A DNA stretch of 64,000 bases from positions 248,001 to 312,000 of the forward strand of contig NC_083290.1 of the NCBI RefSeq assembly GCF_963506605.1, read 5' to 3'. The stretch comes from Zootoca vivipara (Eukaryota). Shown piece by piece: positions 45,446 to 58,063 of the stretch. Below the pieces are notes generated by a model that ran no database searches, had not been told where the DNA came from, and saw only the letters and a list, made by a program, of their open reading frames with translations. Each line of letters begins with the position of its first letter. Within the stretch, counting starts at the first letter, position 1. Made by a program: the position numbers and the translations under genes.

Positions 45446-48400
45446 ATGGCTGCCCCGCCCTGGCCTCTGCTGCTGCTCCTGCTGGCTGGCCTGCCTGCTC
45501 TGCACCACGGGGTAAGTCCAGCCGAGGGAGACTCGCGGGGAGACAGGCAGGGGCAGGAGAGGGCGTGGGGGCCGTGGGGGGACTGGCCCCTGAAATGTGC
45601 TGCTGGTCTCCCAACTAGTGGGGGGGGGGCTTCCTTCCTGTGGAACAAACAGCCTCGCCTTGGGAAGGTGGTGGAGGTCTTAAACAGGAGGTTGGATGAC
45701 CAGATGTCGGGGATTTTTAGCTACGGCTCTTGCATTGCAGGGAGTTGGCTACATGACCCTTGGGGGGTCCCTTCCAACTCTTAAGATTCTATTATTTTAG
45801 GTGTCCATTGCCCATGCCTTTGATGATGATGTGCAGAGGAACATTCTCCAGGTAAGGGGAGATGAATCCCACAGCTTCTCTTTTTTAAAGATTTGCTTAT
45901 TTTTAATGAAAAGGCAAATACTGTGTCGAGTTTGAGACTTGGGAATGGAGAGCTGGGCGGGTAACATTGCTGCGTGATAGTCCTAGTCCTGGATCACCAC
46001 ATTTTAATAATATACATATGGAAGCCAACACCAATGGCATGAGCAAACATAGCCAGTCCCGGAAGCAGAATTTAGGTTGGCAAGTAGAAAGTTCAAAGAC
46101 AGGACCTGTTGAGGCAGCTTTCTCTAAAAGGTTCCCCGAAGAGGGGCTTGGGCATGTGACTGCCAGGAAGAAGGTCTTGGTTTTGTTGGGTGCTGGGGGG
46201 CACCTTCTGGAAGTTGGGCCTCTGGACAACCAGGGAGCCAAAGCTGTGCAAAAGGAGATGGTGGAGAGGATGAATCACTGCAGGAGATGCAGGGCAGATC
46301 CCTGAGCCTGGAGTGACATTTTCGAGAAAGGGAGTCTTGGGAACAGAGGCAAGCAAGAGAGATGGCAGGCCGTGCTGAATAATCTGGATGGTATTGCCTG
46401 AGAGCTCTTAAGGAACTCAAATGTGAAACTGATCTTCTAACAAAAATATGTACCGTTCCAAAGAGTGTCCTTGGTCCCAGAGGACTGGAAAGCAGCCAGT
46501 GCAACACCAATATTTACAAAGGGATTCAGGAAATTACAGGCTTGGCGTCTCTTCCAGGTAAATTGCTGAGAAGTACTATTAAAGGTAAAATAATCAAGCG
46601 CATGCAGGATTTCCTCAGTGGAGACACTATCATGAGAACAACCTGCCAGAAGAGGCTTTTTAAAAGGGCCTTGCAAACCCACTCAATTCAGTCAGCTTTC
46701 TCCCAAAGCAGGTGTGGAGAACCAATTGCTGGCCCTTCAGATGCTGCTGAACTAGAACTCCCATGACGATGGGAGTTGCGGTTCAGAGACGCCTGGAAGG
46801 GCACAAGCTCTGTCTTAAAGGACCTGACAATGCCACTGATGCTGAAACCTCTTTCAGGTTTTTTCTCCAGCCTATGCTGCTTTTAAGTGATTGGTTTTTA
46901 CTGAAATGTGATTTTGTGTCTCGCTTTTATTTTTCTGTAAGCTGCCTTATGAGGGTTTAAGGCAGGCATCCCCAAACTGCGGCCCTCCAGATGTTTTGGC
47001 CTACAACTCCCATGATCCCTAGCTAACAGGACCAGTGGTCGGGGGAGATGGGAATTGTAGTCCAAAACATCTGGAGGACCGAAGTTTGGGGATGCCTGGT
47101 TTAAGGAATACTTAGGCTGGCTCTGATTCATTTATGTGTTCTGTCTCTGAATACCAGCTGCTGGGAATCACAAGGGGGGGGAGTGCTGCCGTTGTACCTC
47201 AGGTCCTGCTTGTGAGCTTCCCTTGGGGGCATTCAGATGCCACTGTGAGGACAGGAGGCTGGACCAGATGGGGCCCCTTTAGTTTGATCCAGCAAGGCCT
47301 TTCTTATGCTTATGAAAACTACCATCTACCAGGCCAGTCTCTGTGTCTATGCAGTCCAGCACTGCCTGTTCTGACTGGCAGCAGCTCCCTGGTCTCCTGA
47401 TGAGCGGAGAACTCGCCAGCTTTTTCCCAGAGTGAAAACAAGGTGCTTCTTTCTTTAGAGGGTGAGCCTGGGCCCTCTTGCCTGCCAAGCCCATCCTCTG
47501 CCCCTCAGCTACCCATATGTCTCCTTCTCTCCCAGACTTAGCTGCCCATTCTTTCTTTCTTCCCTACCTTCAGCTCCAAGGGCCCATTTCCTCACAGGGC
47601 GATGAAGCAGATGGATTGGTGGAAGAAGCATTGCTGCCGGAGGTTGCTTTGCCTGAGGCGGAGGTGCTCCCACCTTCATCCAAGACCCAGGAGGGCCTCC
47701 TTGGCACCTTGCTGCCACCCTCTGCTCCAAGCCTGGCAGAGGAGGTTTCAGCCGTGGAGCTGGGAGAGCCCCAGAGCTCTTCTGAGGCAGAGACCCAGGA
47801 GGACGACCATGGAGGAAGCTGCGACAGGGACATCCCTCTGGAGAAGACGCACATGGTGGCCGAGGCTGTGATGAAGCTGGGTGCTAACCTCCTGCGGCAG
47901 GTGGAACTGGAGAACGGCAAAGGCAACCTCTTCTTCTCTCCGCTCAGCATCAGCCTGGCACTGGCTCACTTGGCTCTAGGTCAGTATCCCCAAATCTCTC
48001 AAAGACAGCCGGTTTGTTGACTTCTTCTGAACTCAAAAGTGAAGGTGCTATTCATGGTTAACAGCAATGAAGGGCTTTGCTTTTAGGATGTGGAAAAGGT
48101 GAGGTGCTGCTCTCCCTCCAAGTAGTGGTGGCTCCTAAGTGTGTGGGGCAGCCTCTTCCGAGGAGAGGCAATTCGGTCATCTCTCTGAATGAATAACCAA
48201 TGCAGAGATGGCAGGGGTGAAAGCAAAGCAGCTTGCCAGCCACTGAGTGCTCTGGACTCCACTTAGCTGAATTTCTCCCAGCACATGAGGAGCCTCGTTG
48301 GCTGCACAGTCTGAGAATTTCTGCAATGGAGATGGGAGGAGTAGGAACAGAAGACGCTGCCTTGTACTGGGTCTGACCAGTAGTCCGTCTAGTTTGGTGT

Positions 48401-51400
48401 TTCCCACACTGTCAGCTGTGGCTCTCCAGGGTCTCAGGCAGGAAGTCTTTCCCAGCCCTGCCTGGAGATGCCGTTGGGGCCTGAACCAGAGACCTCCTGC
48501 CGGCAACGCTGGTGCTGTTACTGAAGGAGAACAGAGTGCTAAGCACGGAAGCCTCCTTCTTCCTGCTTGTGTGATGAAAGACCTTCAGCCCTCTTCTGCT
48601 TTAACACAGGGCCTACAGCAGCAACTCTCTCACTCCTGGTTGATGAGACAAGCGCTTGGGAGCACAGTGGCCCACAGGGCCGGTGCTAGGGTTTTTTGCG
48701 CCCTAGGCGAGATCACCTTCTGCCCCCCCCCCGACCAATCATATTTCAAACACAGACTGGGCTTTGTGAAAACACTTGCCAGGGAGCTAAGCAACATTTT
48801 TAACTGCTCTGGAACTTATGCAGGTGTATCTGCACAGGTGAAGCCTTTTTGACACTTATGATGTCTGTGTTAGTAAGGCAGTCAGGAAAAGATAAGTGAC
48901 TGGAAATGTGGGCGCACATCACGGGGGTCAAAATGGGGGGGGGGAAGAGAGATGGAATAACAATGGGAAGGCATGAGCACTGTGGGGAGAAGCTGGTAAA
49001 ATGCGGGCTAGACAATGTTACCATTCAGTGGATTTGTAACTGGCTGACTGACCAAACCCAATGGCTCCTCTTCATCCTGGAGAGTAGTGACTAGTGGGAA
49101 GAGCCACAGGGTTCTGTCTTGGGCCCAGTCTTATTCAACATCTTTATCAATGACTTGGATGATGGGCTTGAGGGCATCCTGAGCAAGTTTGCAGACGACA
49201 CCAAATTGGGAGGGGTGGCTAATACCCCAGAGGACAGGATCACACTTCAAAATGACCTTAACATATTAGACAACTGGGCCAAAGCAAACAAGATGAATTT
49301 TAACAAGGAGAAATGTAAAGTACTACACTTGGGCAAAAAAAATTATATGAAAGGCACAAATACAGGATGGGAGACACCTGGCTTGAGAGCAGTACATGTG
49401 AAAAGGATCTAGGAGTCTTGGTAGACCACAAACTTGACATGTGTGATGTAGCAGCTAAAAAAGCCAATGCAATTCTGGGCTGCATCAATAGGAGTATAGC
49501 ATCTAGATCAAGGGAAGTAATAGTACCACTGTATTCTGCTCTGGTCAGACCTCACCTGGAGTACTGTGTCCAGTTCTGGGCACCACAGTTCAAGAAGGAT
49601 ACTGACAAGCTGGAACAAGAGGAGGGCAACCAAAATGGTCAAAGGCTGGAAACGATGCCTTATGAGGAACGGCTTAGGGAGCTGGGCATGTTTAGCCTGG
49701 AGAAGGTTAAGGGGTGATATGATATCCATGTTCAAATATATAAAAGGATGTCATATAGAAGAGGGTGAAAGGTTGTTTTCTGCTGCTCCAGAGAAGCAGA
49801 CACGGAGCAATGGATTCAAACTACAAGAAAGAAGATTCCACCTAAACATTAGGAAGAACTTCCTGACAGTAAGAGCTGCTCGGCAGTGGAATTTGCTGCC
49901 AAGTAGTGTGGTGGAGTCTCCTTCTTTGGAGGTCTTTAAGCGAAGGCTTCACAGCCATATGTCAAGAATGCTTTGATGGTGTTTCTTGCTTGGCAGGGGG
50001 TTGGATTGGATGGCCCTTGTGGTCTCTTCCAACTCTATGATTCTAACCCCAAGGCAGCTGTTTTCAAAATATTTTTGTGCACCTACAAACCTTAGATTTC
50101 AGCAAGGCAGCTCATAGCTCTCCTGTGGTGGTTTTCATAGTTGGTGGAAATGCATGTGCAAATTAAGCTGGTGAGTGCCAGCTGTGAGAGTGGCTCAGGA
50201 TCTAATGGATCTCAGCCTTGCTCAGCCCACCTTTGAAACACCCCATTTCAGGGTCTTCTGCTAGTCTTTGCTGGCAAGAATCCTACTGGAAGGCTTTATC
50301 TGTGTGCATGCTCATAACTCTGACATATACTGGCTGGAGGAACATGAGAGTACGCTAAGAGTGTTACTACAGCCAGGGAACCTTTCTCAATTTGGGCCAC
50401 TGGCCCAACGCAAGCAAGAGGGCTTCCACGCCCGACTGCCATGCTCACATGCTCAGTGCTGCTGCGTCTGCAGGGTCAGGTTACCATGTTCCCTGGTTAG
50501 CTGAGCGTTAACTGTGCTGCTGTTAATCTGGTTTCCCTCTCAGGCGCAGCCAACCAGACCGAGCAGCAACTGCTGAAGGCTCTGCACGTGGAGTCGGTGC
50601 CCTGCCCGCACCAGGCTCTGCGCACTGTCTCCCAGCACCTCAGCCAGACGACGCTCAGCATCGCGGCCCGGCTTTACCTACAGAAAGGTGAGAGGTGTGG
50701 ACAGGCAGGTGTGGAATAGGAGAAGTAGAGCGAGCCTGCCCTTTGGGCATGAGAGGGAAGAGCGGGCTTGAATTTCTCTCATTTTATTTATAAAAAATAT
50801 TTGTATACTGCTGTATCATTAAAAAATGTATCACAATGGTTCATAGCAATATAAAAACAGAAAGTAAAATCATAAAAAGTTTAAAACAGGTTAAAAGCCA
50901 AAGAATTAAAAACTAACATTAGTAGACCATTGTGGGAGATGTATTCTTATCTGCCTGTGTAGGCTTGTCAGGGGAAAAGGCAGGGTATAACAAAATAACA
51001 ATAACAATAATATAGCTGGCAGAATATAAATATTTATATTTAGAAAGCATTTAAAAGTTGGCATAGAAGATGCCACTGAATCTCCAGTGGTAGAGAGTTC
51101 CACAGGACATGGCTAATGGCACTAAAGGCTTGGTTTCTCGTTGTTGTCAAACGATCCTCACCAACTCGGGGAACAACCAGCAACACTCCTGTGAGTGATC
51201 TCAGAGACTTAGCTGGGGATAGAAGGGTTCAGGCGAACCTCTACTAAACCTTTAATGGATTGCAGATATTGAGGGATTGGAGGGGGGGGGAATCCATATT
51301 GGGACTGGAGAGGAATAGTCATGCTTTTTCTTAACCCTTTTGCCCATGTACTTACCCCAACTAAAGTCACCACCATCCACCCCCAGCTGCTATTTGCACC

Positions 51401-54400
51401 ATAATGTGAATGGTGCAAATAGCATTGGTTGGATGGGTGGTAGCAGTTTTCATTAGGACAACAGCACTGGGAGGGGTCAGCACACCTCTCTGTCCCAATC
51501 TGGACCAAGAGTCCCCACCCCCACCCTGGCAGCTGCTATTCACAAAGAAGTTTGAATCCCAAGGACCTCGAGTGCAGGGGGGGGGGAAGGGAAATCCATG
51601 CAAAATGGGTTGGGGAGAATCCTAGCAGGCTTAGGGGGAGGGCTGAAACTCTTGACTGCCTCACATCAAGTGCTTTTGCAGGATTCCCAGTGAAAGAGCA
51701 GTTCCTGGAGGACTCGGAGAAGTTTTACAGAGCCAAGCCAGCCACCCTGTCTGGGAACAGTGAGGCAGACCTGGCTGCCATCAACACCTGGGTGAAAGAC
51801 GCGACCCATGGGCAAATCTCCACCATGCTGACTGAGCTGCCGGCCAGTGTCGTGATGCTGCTGCTCAATGCGGTACACTTCCGAGGTGAGCTCAGCTGCT
51901 CCTCCCCACCCCACCCCCCCTGACTTGCTGGGACAGCCAGCAGATCAGCCAGCCTTTAAGTTATTGCAGCAGCCCAAGAAGTAACTGTGTGAACAAGGCC
52001 TCTGTTTCTCCCATTTTAATCCATCCTAATAACTTAATATTGTTGTTGTGATTTTATGGACCGTACTTTTTACCACCTACAAGAAAAACAAGTGTCATAG
52101 AATCATAGTTGGGAGGGTCCCTGAGTGCCATCTAGTCCAACCCCCTGCAATGCAGGAACCACAGTTAAAACATCCCTGACAAATGGCCACCCAACCTTTG
52201 CTTAGAAACCTCCAAGGAAGGAGAGTCCGCCACCTCCCACTCCACTGTCAAACCATCAGAAAGTTCTTCCAAATCATCAGTTTCTTGCAGTTTGAATCCA
52301 TTGGCTCAGGTCCTACCCTCTGGAGCAGCAGAAAATAAGCTCTTTCTCTATCTTCCCTGTGACAGCCCTTCAGTTATTTGAATATGACTATCATGGCACC
52401 TTTTAGTCTCCTATTACACAGGCTAAACATACCCAGCGCCCTCAACCATTCCTCTTAAGGGTTGTTTTCCAGAACCCTCATTATTTCAGTCACCCTCCTC
52501 TGCACACCTTCCAGCTTGTCAATATCATCCTTAAACTGTAGTGCCCAGAATTGGACACGGGACTCCAGGTGGCTTGGTTTCCAGACGCTGCCTTTCCTCT
52601 CCTCAACCAATTTTTTATTCCCCTTTTGGGCAGGGTTTTGGAAGAACAAGTTTGATCCCCTTCTGACTGAGCCTGACACATTCTACCTGGATGATGAATT
52701 AACCGTCTCCGTGGAGATGATGCGGGCTCGCGTCTACCCTCTCAGCTGGTTCACCCTGGATGCCCACGATGTCCAGGTGAGGTAGCTGGGGGGGGGACTT
52801 TTGTTGTCAACGCTGCCAAAGGGTCTGGCACCAGGTTAAAGTGCTTGGGAGAGTGCTGGCCTCCTTGGCCTTCCCACGTGGGGTGGGCACGGGCCTTTCT
52901 CCTGCCCCTGGAGCACACAAGAGGAAGGCTCAAGGCAAAGGCTGCCCCGCTGATGCTCCTCTCCTCTGCTCCTGGCAGTTGCCCTTTCATATCCACAGCT
53001 CATGTTCTGTTGGGCTGCCCCTGCTCTGACTCTTCCCTGTGCTTCTCTCCCAGGTGGCCAGGTTCCCCTTCAAGGGCAACACGAGCTTTGTGGCCATCCT
53101 TCCAAACCACCCTGAGCAGAACTTTTCTCGGCTGCTCTCTGATCTCAGCCAGGCCAACTTCCAAAGCCACTTCCCCAAGGAGAGGCCCACCATGGTGAAG
53201 ATGCCCAAACTCCACCTGCAGCACCACTTGAACCTAGAGCAAGCCCTCCGCCAGTTGGGTAAGAGGGAGGGAGGGAGGGAGGGGGCCAGCCTGCTTCACT
53301 CTTCTCCTTTACAGGACGGTTTTGGGTACCCTCAGCCACCTCCTGCCTTATTTCAAACAGCTTGATGGGTCATGCTTCACAACTCCTGCTTTGCATGCAG
53401 AAGGTCCCAGCTTCTGTCCCCCTGCCCCAAGCCTGGAGAAGCCACGGCTGCCAGTTGGCACAGAAGTGGGGGGCTCCACCTCCCGGCAGCCCTAGCAACC
53501 AGCAAAGCCAGCTGTCAAAGATGGTGGAAGCTGCAGTCCAAGGAGAGCCAGAGATCCACAGGTTCCGCACTCCTGACATGCAAGGCAGATCCCTGTGTTA
53601 AATACAGTCCCTGTCTTGTGCTCCTGTTACGCACAACATTATCTGTTGAAATGGGCGCAGGCAGCTTCTGATATGTTCTGCAGTCTTCACCAGACGAAGG
53701 TTGGAAAGAGCTTCCAGGCACTTAGCAGGGCATGTTGGCGAGTGGATGTTGTGCCCTCATTTCCCTCTGCTTCCTCCACGGTGACTCTTCAGGTGCTTCC
53801 AGGTGGAGGTTTAATTGTGCGAAATGGGCTGCTCTGGTATTGCAAGCAAGTCACTGACAGCGGTTTTTTCTCTTTCTCTCATGGATTAAACGTGTGCGAC
53901 TTTTTCCTAACTCTTCTGCCATCTCCACTCCAGAAGTCCAGGTTCTGTTTCAAGCTAGTCTTGGAAGCAGCAGAAATTCTGCCTCCTTAGTAAAAACATA
54001 CAGGCACTCCATTTGAACGATTTTAATGCAGTGGCAGAATTCAGGGGGCAGGTGGGTGCAGAAATTCTCCTCATCCCCTAAATATGCACAGCCCTGATAA
54101 TAGTCTTGGGTCACAAACGCTGCTGATGTTCTGAACCAGCACCACCCTGACCGACGGCTGGTTTCTCTCTAGAGAAGCCTGCAGCTTCCCCCTTGGCACT
54201 GACCTCACTCCTCTCTCTTTCTTTGCAGGCCTTGGCGAGCTGTTCTCTGCCCCAAATTTCCGCCTCATAACGGAGGGTCCCCTCGTGGTCTCCAGTGTCC
54301 AGCATAGAGCCGCCCTGGAGCTTTCTGAGGCCGGGGTAGAGGCATCAGCCGCCACCAGTGTCTCTATGTACCGTTCCCTCTCTGCTTTCAACCTCAACCA

Positions 54401-54566
54401 GCCCTTCCTCTTCATCATCCAAGAGGACACCACTGGCATCCCTCTCTTCCTGGGCGCCATCCGCAACCCCAACCCCAGCGCCCCTCAGGAGAGGAAGATG
54501 AGTGACTGTGCTGTGGGAAATGAGGGAAAGCTCTTTCCTTGCTCCGTGGACCAAGAGAAGCCCTGA
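45446..54566 (+). CDS. SERPINF2: Alpha-2-antiplasmin (serpin F2), 518 aa
   Basis: Exons 45446-45511 (signal peptide [17 protein letters not shown]), 45801-45851, 47574-47979, 50544-50687, 51682-51885, 52634-52776, 53054-53258, 54229-54566. Total 1557 nt, open. Serpin motifs [31 protein letters not shown], hinge/[28 protein letters not shown], and a C-terminal extension after RNPNP. Syntenic between WDR81 and SERPINF1. The first two small exons are less certain. Confidence 0.93.
46963..47098. mobile_element. Non-autonomous hAT MITE
   Basis: TIRs CAGGCATCCCCAAACT/AGTTTGGGGATGCCTG with a long internal palindrome and perfect 8-bp TSD GTTTAAGG (46955-46962, 47099-47106). A decayed relative lies at ~62050-62140. 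Confidence 0.9.
48985..50045 (+). mobile_element. Young CR1 LINE, 5'-truncated
   Basis: [33 protein letters not shown] motif, frameshifted. Near-identical to the 18687-19586 copy, and ends CTCTATGATTCTA. Confidence 0.95.
52096..52567 (-). mobile_element. CR1 LINE 3' fragment
   Basis: CATAGAATCATAG tail; translates to [28 protein letters not shown]. Confidence 0.85.
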
Positions 54567-54934
54567 ATGCCACAGAGGCCTCCAGGATGCATGAAACCCA
54601 GGAGGGCAAGTGTCTTGTGGCCAGTCAGGGTTTCTCCCCAAATGTCCAGAAAGCAAAACAAAAAGCCACCCTTTCACCTAACTGGCTGCTGGTGTGGGTT
54701 GCCATCCTGTGCCCAGTTCTGCAAGCTATAAAATATGGCCCTATAGACTCATCTTCTTCTCGGTGGCCCTTGTGGGTGGGATCCTGCACCCTGACCTGCA
54801 GACTTTTCGCCCTAGAATTAAAGCTAAGCAAAAGGTCCCAAGGGTGCACCTCCTCCTCTGGCTCTATATTCTGCAGGGACACTGGCTGAGGAATCTGAAG
54901 GGCCACAGATATGAATGAGCTGTGAGTGCCGTGA

Positions 54935-54940
54935 AATAAA
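54935..54940 (+). terminator. Candidate SERPINF2 polyadenylation signal
   Basis: AATAAA ~370 nt after the stop codon; a second AATAAA lies near 55170. Confidence 0.5.
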
Positions 54941-55689
54941 AGGATGCAGAGAATACAAGCAGCAGCAGCAGCAGCAGCAGCCCAGGCCCTAGGGAGTTCA
55001 CGTGCTCACTTCCCATCTTGGCACCAGCTTCTCTTCAGTATTGCAGCCCCACAATATATCCAGACCACAACTTTTCCTTTCAAGTGGCCACAAAAATGCA
55101 ACAGAATAGACTGCGTAGTGCTGCACAACTCAAGCTAAGAAAAAATAAGAGTGTTGGGAATTGCTAGGAAAATAAACCTGCTGGTATCCTAATGCCTGTT
55201 GCCACTAATGTGTGTGATTGAGTGCACTTTGAATCCTGCATACAGTTCTCAAGAAGGGCATTGCAGAGCACTGTGGAGTCTTTGTTCTCTTTGCTTGTTG
55301 GGTTTGTGTAAAGTCCCCCCTCCCTTTTTGTGCAAAATCCCACTTGGGCTGTTTTACACTTACATTGCTGTAGCAACAGAGCATGTGTGTGAGAGAGTAT
55401 GACTGTGAATGCCAATTGCCTTGATAAACAAGGAGGCTATTGGGTGTGGGGAGAGAATTGCTTGGGGATCTCCAGTGACTCATGGGGGAGATGAGGCTGA
55501 GCTTGGTTAGGACTTCCCAGTTCTGTATTCCCAGCTCCTTATATAAAGCAGCTGCACAAGCAGTCACAATGTGGACCTGAAAGTTGCTATGTGCTTCTGG
55601 CTGCACTCCGGAATCCATTAGACTGCCTCCCCATATTGCACACCTGTGACCAGCAAACTGCTCCCCTCCAGGTGCTCAAACCTTCTCTC

Positions 55690-57545
55690 CATAGAATGGT
55701 AGAGTTGGAAGGGAACCCCAGGGTCATCTGGTCCAACCCCCTGGAATGCATGAATCATGGCTAAAGAATCCCTGGCAGATGGCCATCAAACCTCGACATA
55801 AATACCTCCAATGAAGCAAAGTCCACCACCTCCTGAGGGAGACTGTTCCAATGTCAGTTACAGGTAGGTAGCCGTGTTGGTCTGACGTAGTCGAAACAAA
55901 ATAAAAAAATTCCTTCCAGTAGCACCTTAGAGACCAACTAAGTTTGCCATTGGTATGAGCTTTCGTGTGCATGGACACTTCTTCAGATTGTTCTAATGTC
56001 AAACAGCTCTTACTGTCTGAAAGGTCTTCCTAATGTTGAGCAAGAATCTCCTTTCTTGTCATTTGAATCAATTCACTTGGGTCCTAACCTCCGCAGCAGG
56101 AGAAAACAGGCTTGGTCCATCTTCCCTGTGACAGCCCTTGAGATATTTGAAGGTGGCTCTATCTCCTCTCGGTTTCTTCCAGGCTAAACATACTCAACCA
56201 GTCCTCATAAGGATTGGTTTCCAGACCCCTGATCATCTTTGTTGCCCTCCTCTGCACACAGTGCAGCTTACCAATGGCATTTTAAAATTGTGGCACCCAG
56301 AACTGGACACAGTATTCCAGAGGTGGTCCAACCAAGGCAGAATAGAGCAGTACTATGACTTCCCTTGATCTGGACACTATACTTCTGTTGATGCAGCCTA
56401 GAATAGTATTAGCTTTTTTTGCTATTGCATCACACTGTTTACTCATGTTCAGCTTGAGATCTACTAAGACCCCTAGATCTTTCACATATACTACTGGTAA
56501 GCCAGGTATCCCCCATCTTACATTTGTGCAGCTGGTTCTTTCTTCTTAAGTTTATAACCTGGCATTTGTCCCTTTTGAAATTCATTTTGTTAGTTTGGGC
56601 CCAGATCTCCAATCTGTTAAGGTCATCTTGAATTCCGATTCTGTATTCTGTGGCATTAGCTACCCCCTCCCAGTTTGTTGTCATCTGCTAACTTGATGAG
56701 CATCCCCTCAATTTCTTCATCCAATATGTTTATAAAGAATGTTGAACAACAACAGGCCCAGGACAGAACCCTGTGGCACCTTCCCAAGATGATGAGGAAC
56801 CCTTAGTGAGCACTCGTTTGGATTCAGTCAATCACCTACATCTTATTAGCTGTTCTGCAAGAGTATCATGGGGAACTTCGTCAAAAGTCTTACGGAAAAC
56901 AAGATACACTATGTCCACAACATTCCCCTGATCCACCAAGCTTGTAACTATCAAAAAAAGAAATGAAATTCATCTGGCATGAGAAACAGCATCCTTTTCT
57001 AAGTGCTTTTCTAAGACTTAATTATCTGATGTAGGACCTTTCCTGGTATCCACATCAAGCTGACTGGTTGGTAGTTACATGGGCCTTCAATGTTTTTCAC
57101 CTTTAAGATACTCCCATCCATCTTCTCTTTGAGTATTTCTGTCCATGGGATCTCACCCAGTTCCTTAAGCTTTTTGAAATTGGCCTTCTTAAAGTCCAGA
57201 GTGCATGTCTGTCTACACTCAGCTTTCCCTTGCCTCTGTATCATGAAACCCAAGAGGACATGATCACTTCCTCCCAAGGTTGATCAGCTCCTCTGTTGGT
57301 GAGGGTCAGGTCCAATACAGATAATCCCATTGTCGCTTATTTCACCTTCAGGGTGATGGTGTCACTGTCAAGAGAGGCAACTGAGGAATTTGTTGGACCT
57401 CATCTTCTTGGCAGAGTTTGAGTTCCTACAGATATTTGAAGGTAGTTGAAATCTTCCATGACTACGACATGTCTCCTTTTTGAATGTGTGGCAGTCTGCT
57501 CTAGGAAGGCATCATCCAAGTCTTCAGACTGGCTTGGCAGTCTAT
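55690..57545 (-). mobile_element. Older CR1 LINE (~1.85 kb, decayed ORF2)
   Basis: Fragments translate to GGSDHVLLGF...[28 protein letters not shown]...[12 protein letters not shown]. Confidence 0.9.
55857..55988 (-). mobile_element. Penelope-like remnant inserted in the CR1
   Basis: Same family as 26174. The minus strand reads CTGAAGAAGTGTCCATGCACACGAAAGCTCATACC. Flanked by a 13-bp duplication TGTTCc/tAATGTCA (55844-55856, 55989-56001). Confidence 0.7.
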
Positions 57546-57681
57546 GGCATAAGATGCTCTTCCCTCATTTTAGGATCCCACTGCTGAACAAGCAAAACTC
57601 TGCGCTATACTTAGCCAGGGACTCTGACACCCAGAGGACGAATGCTCAAGGTTAGGTTATTGCCACAAAGGTAAAGGTAAA

Positions 57682-58063
57682 GGGGATGCGGGTGACGCTG
57701 TGGTCTAAATCACTGAGCCCCTTGGGCTTGCCGATTAGAAGGCTGGCGTTTCGAATCCCCACAACGGGATGAGCTCCCATTGCTCTTTCGCAGCTCCTGC
57801 CAACCTAGCAGTTCAAAAGCACGCCTGTGCAAGTAGATAAATAGATACTGCTGTGGCGGGAAGGTAAACGGCATTTCCATGTGCTCTGGCTTCTGTCACG
57901 GTGTTCCGTTGTGCCAGAAGCAGTTTAGTCATGCTGGCCACATGACTCTGAAAGCTGTCTGTGGACAAACGCCGGCTCTCTCAGGCTGAAAAGCGAGATG
58001 AGCACCATACCCCATAGTTGCCTTTGACTGGACTTAATCGTCCAGGGGTCCTTTACCTTTACC
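57682..58063 (+). mobile_element. Full-length Sauria SINE
   Basis: Homologous to 7589-7949, with a CCTTTACCTTTACC tail and 11-bp TSD TATTGCCACAA (57658-57668, 58065-58075). Confidence 0.9.
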
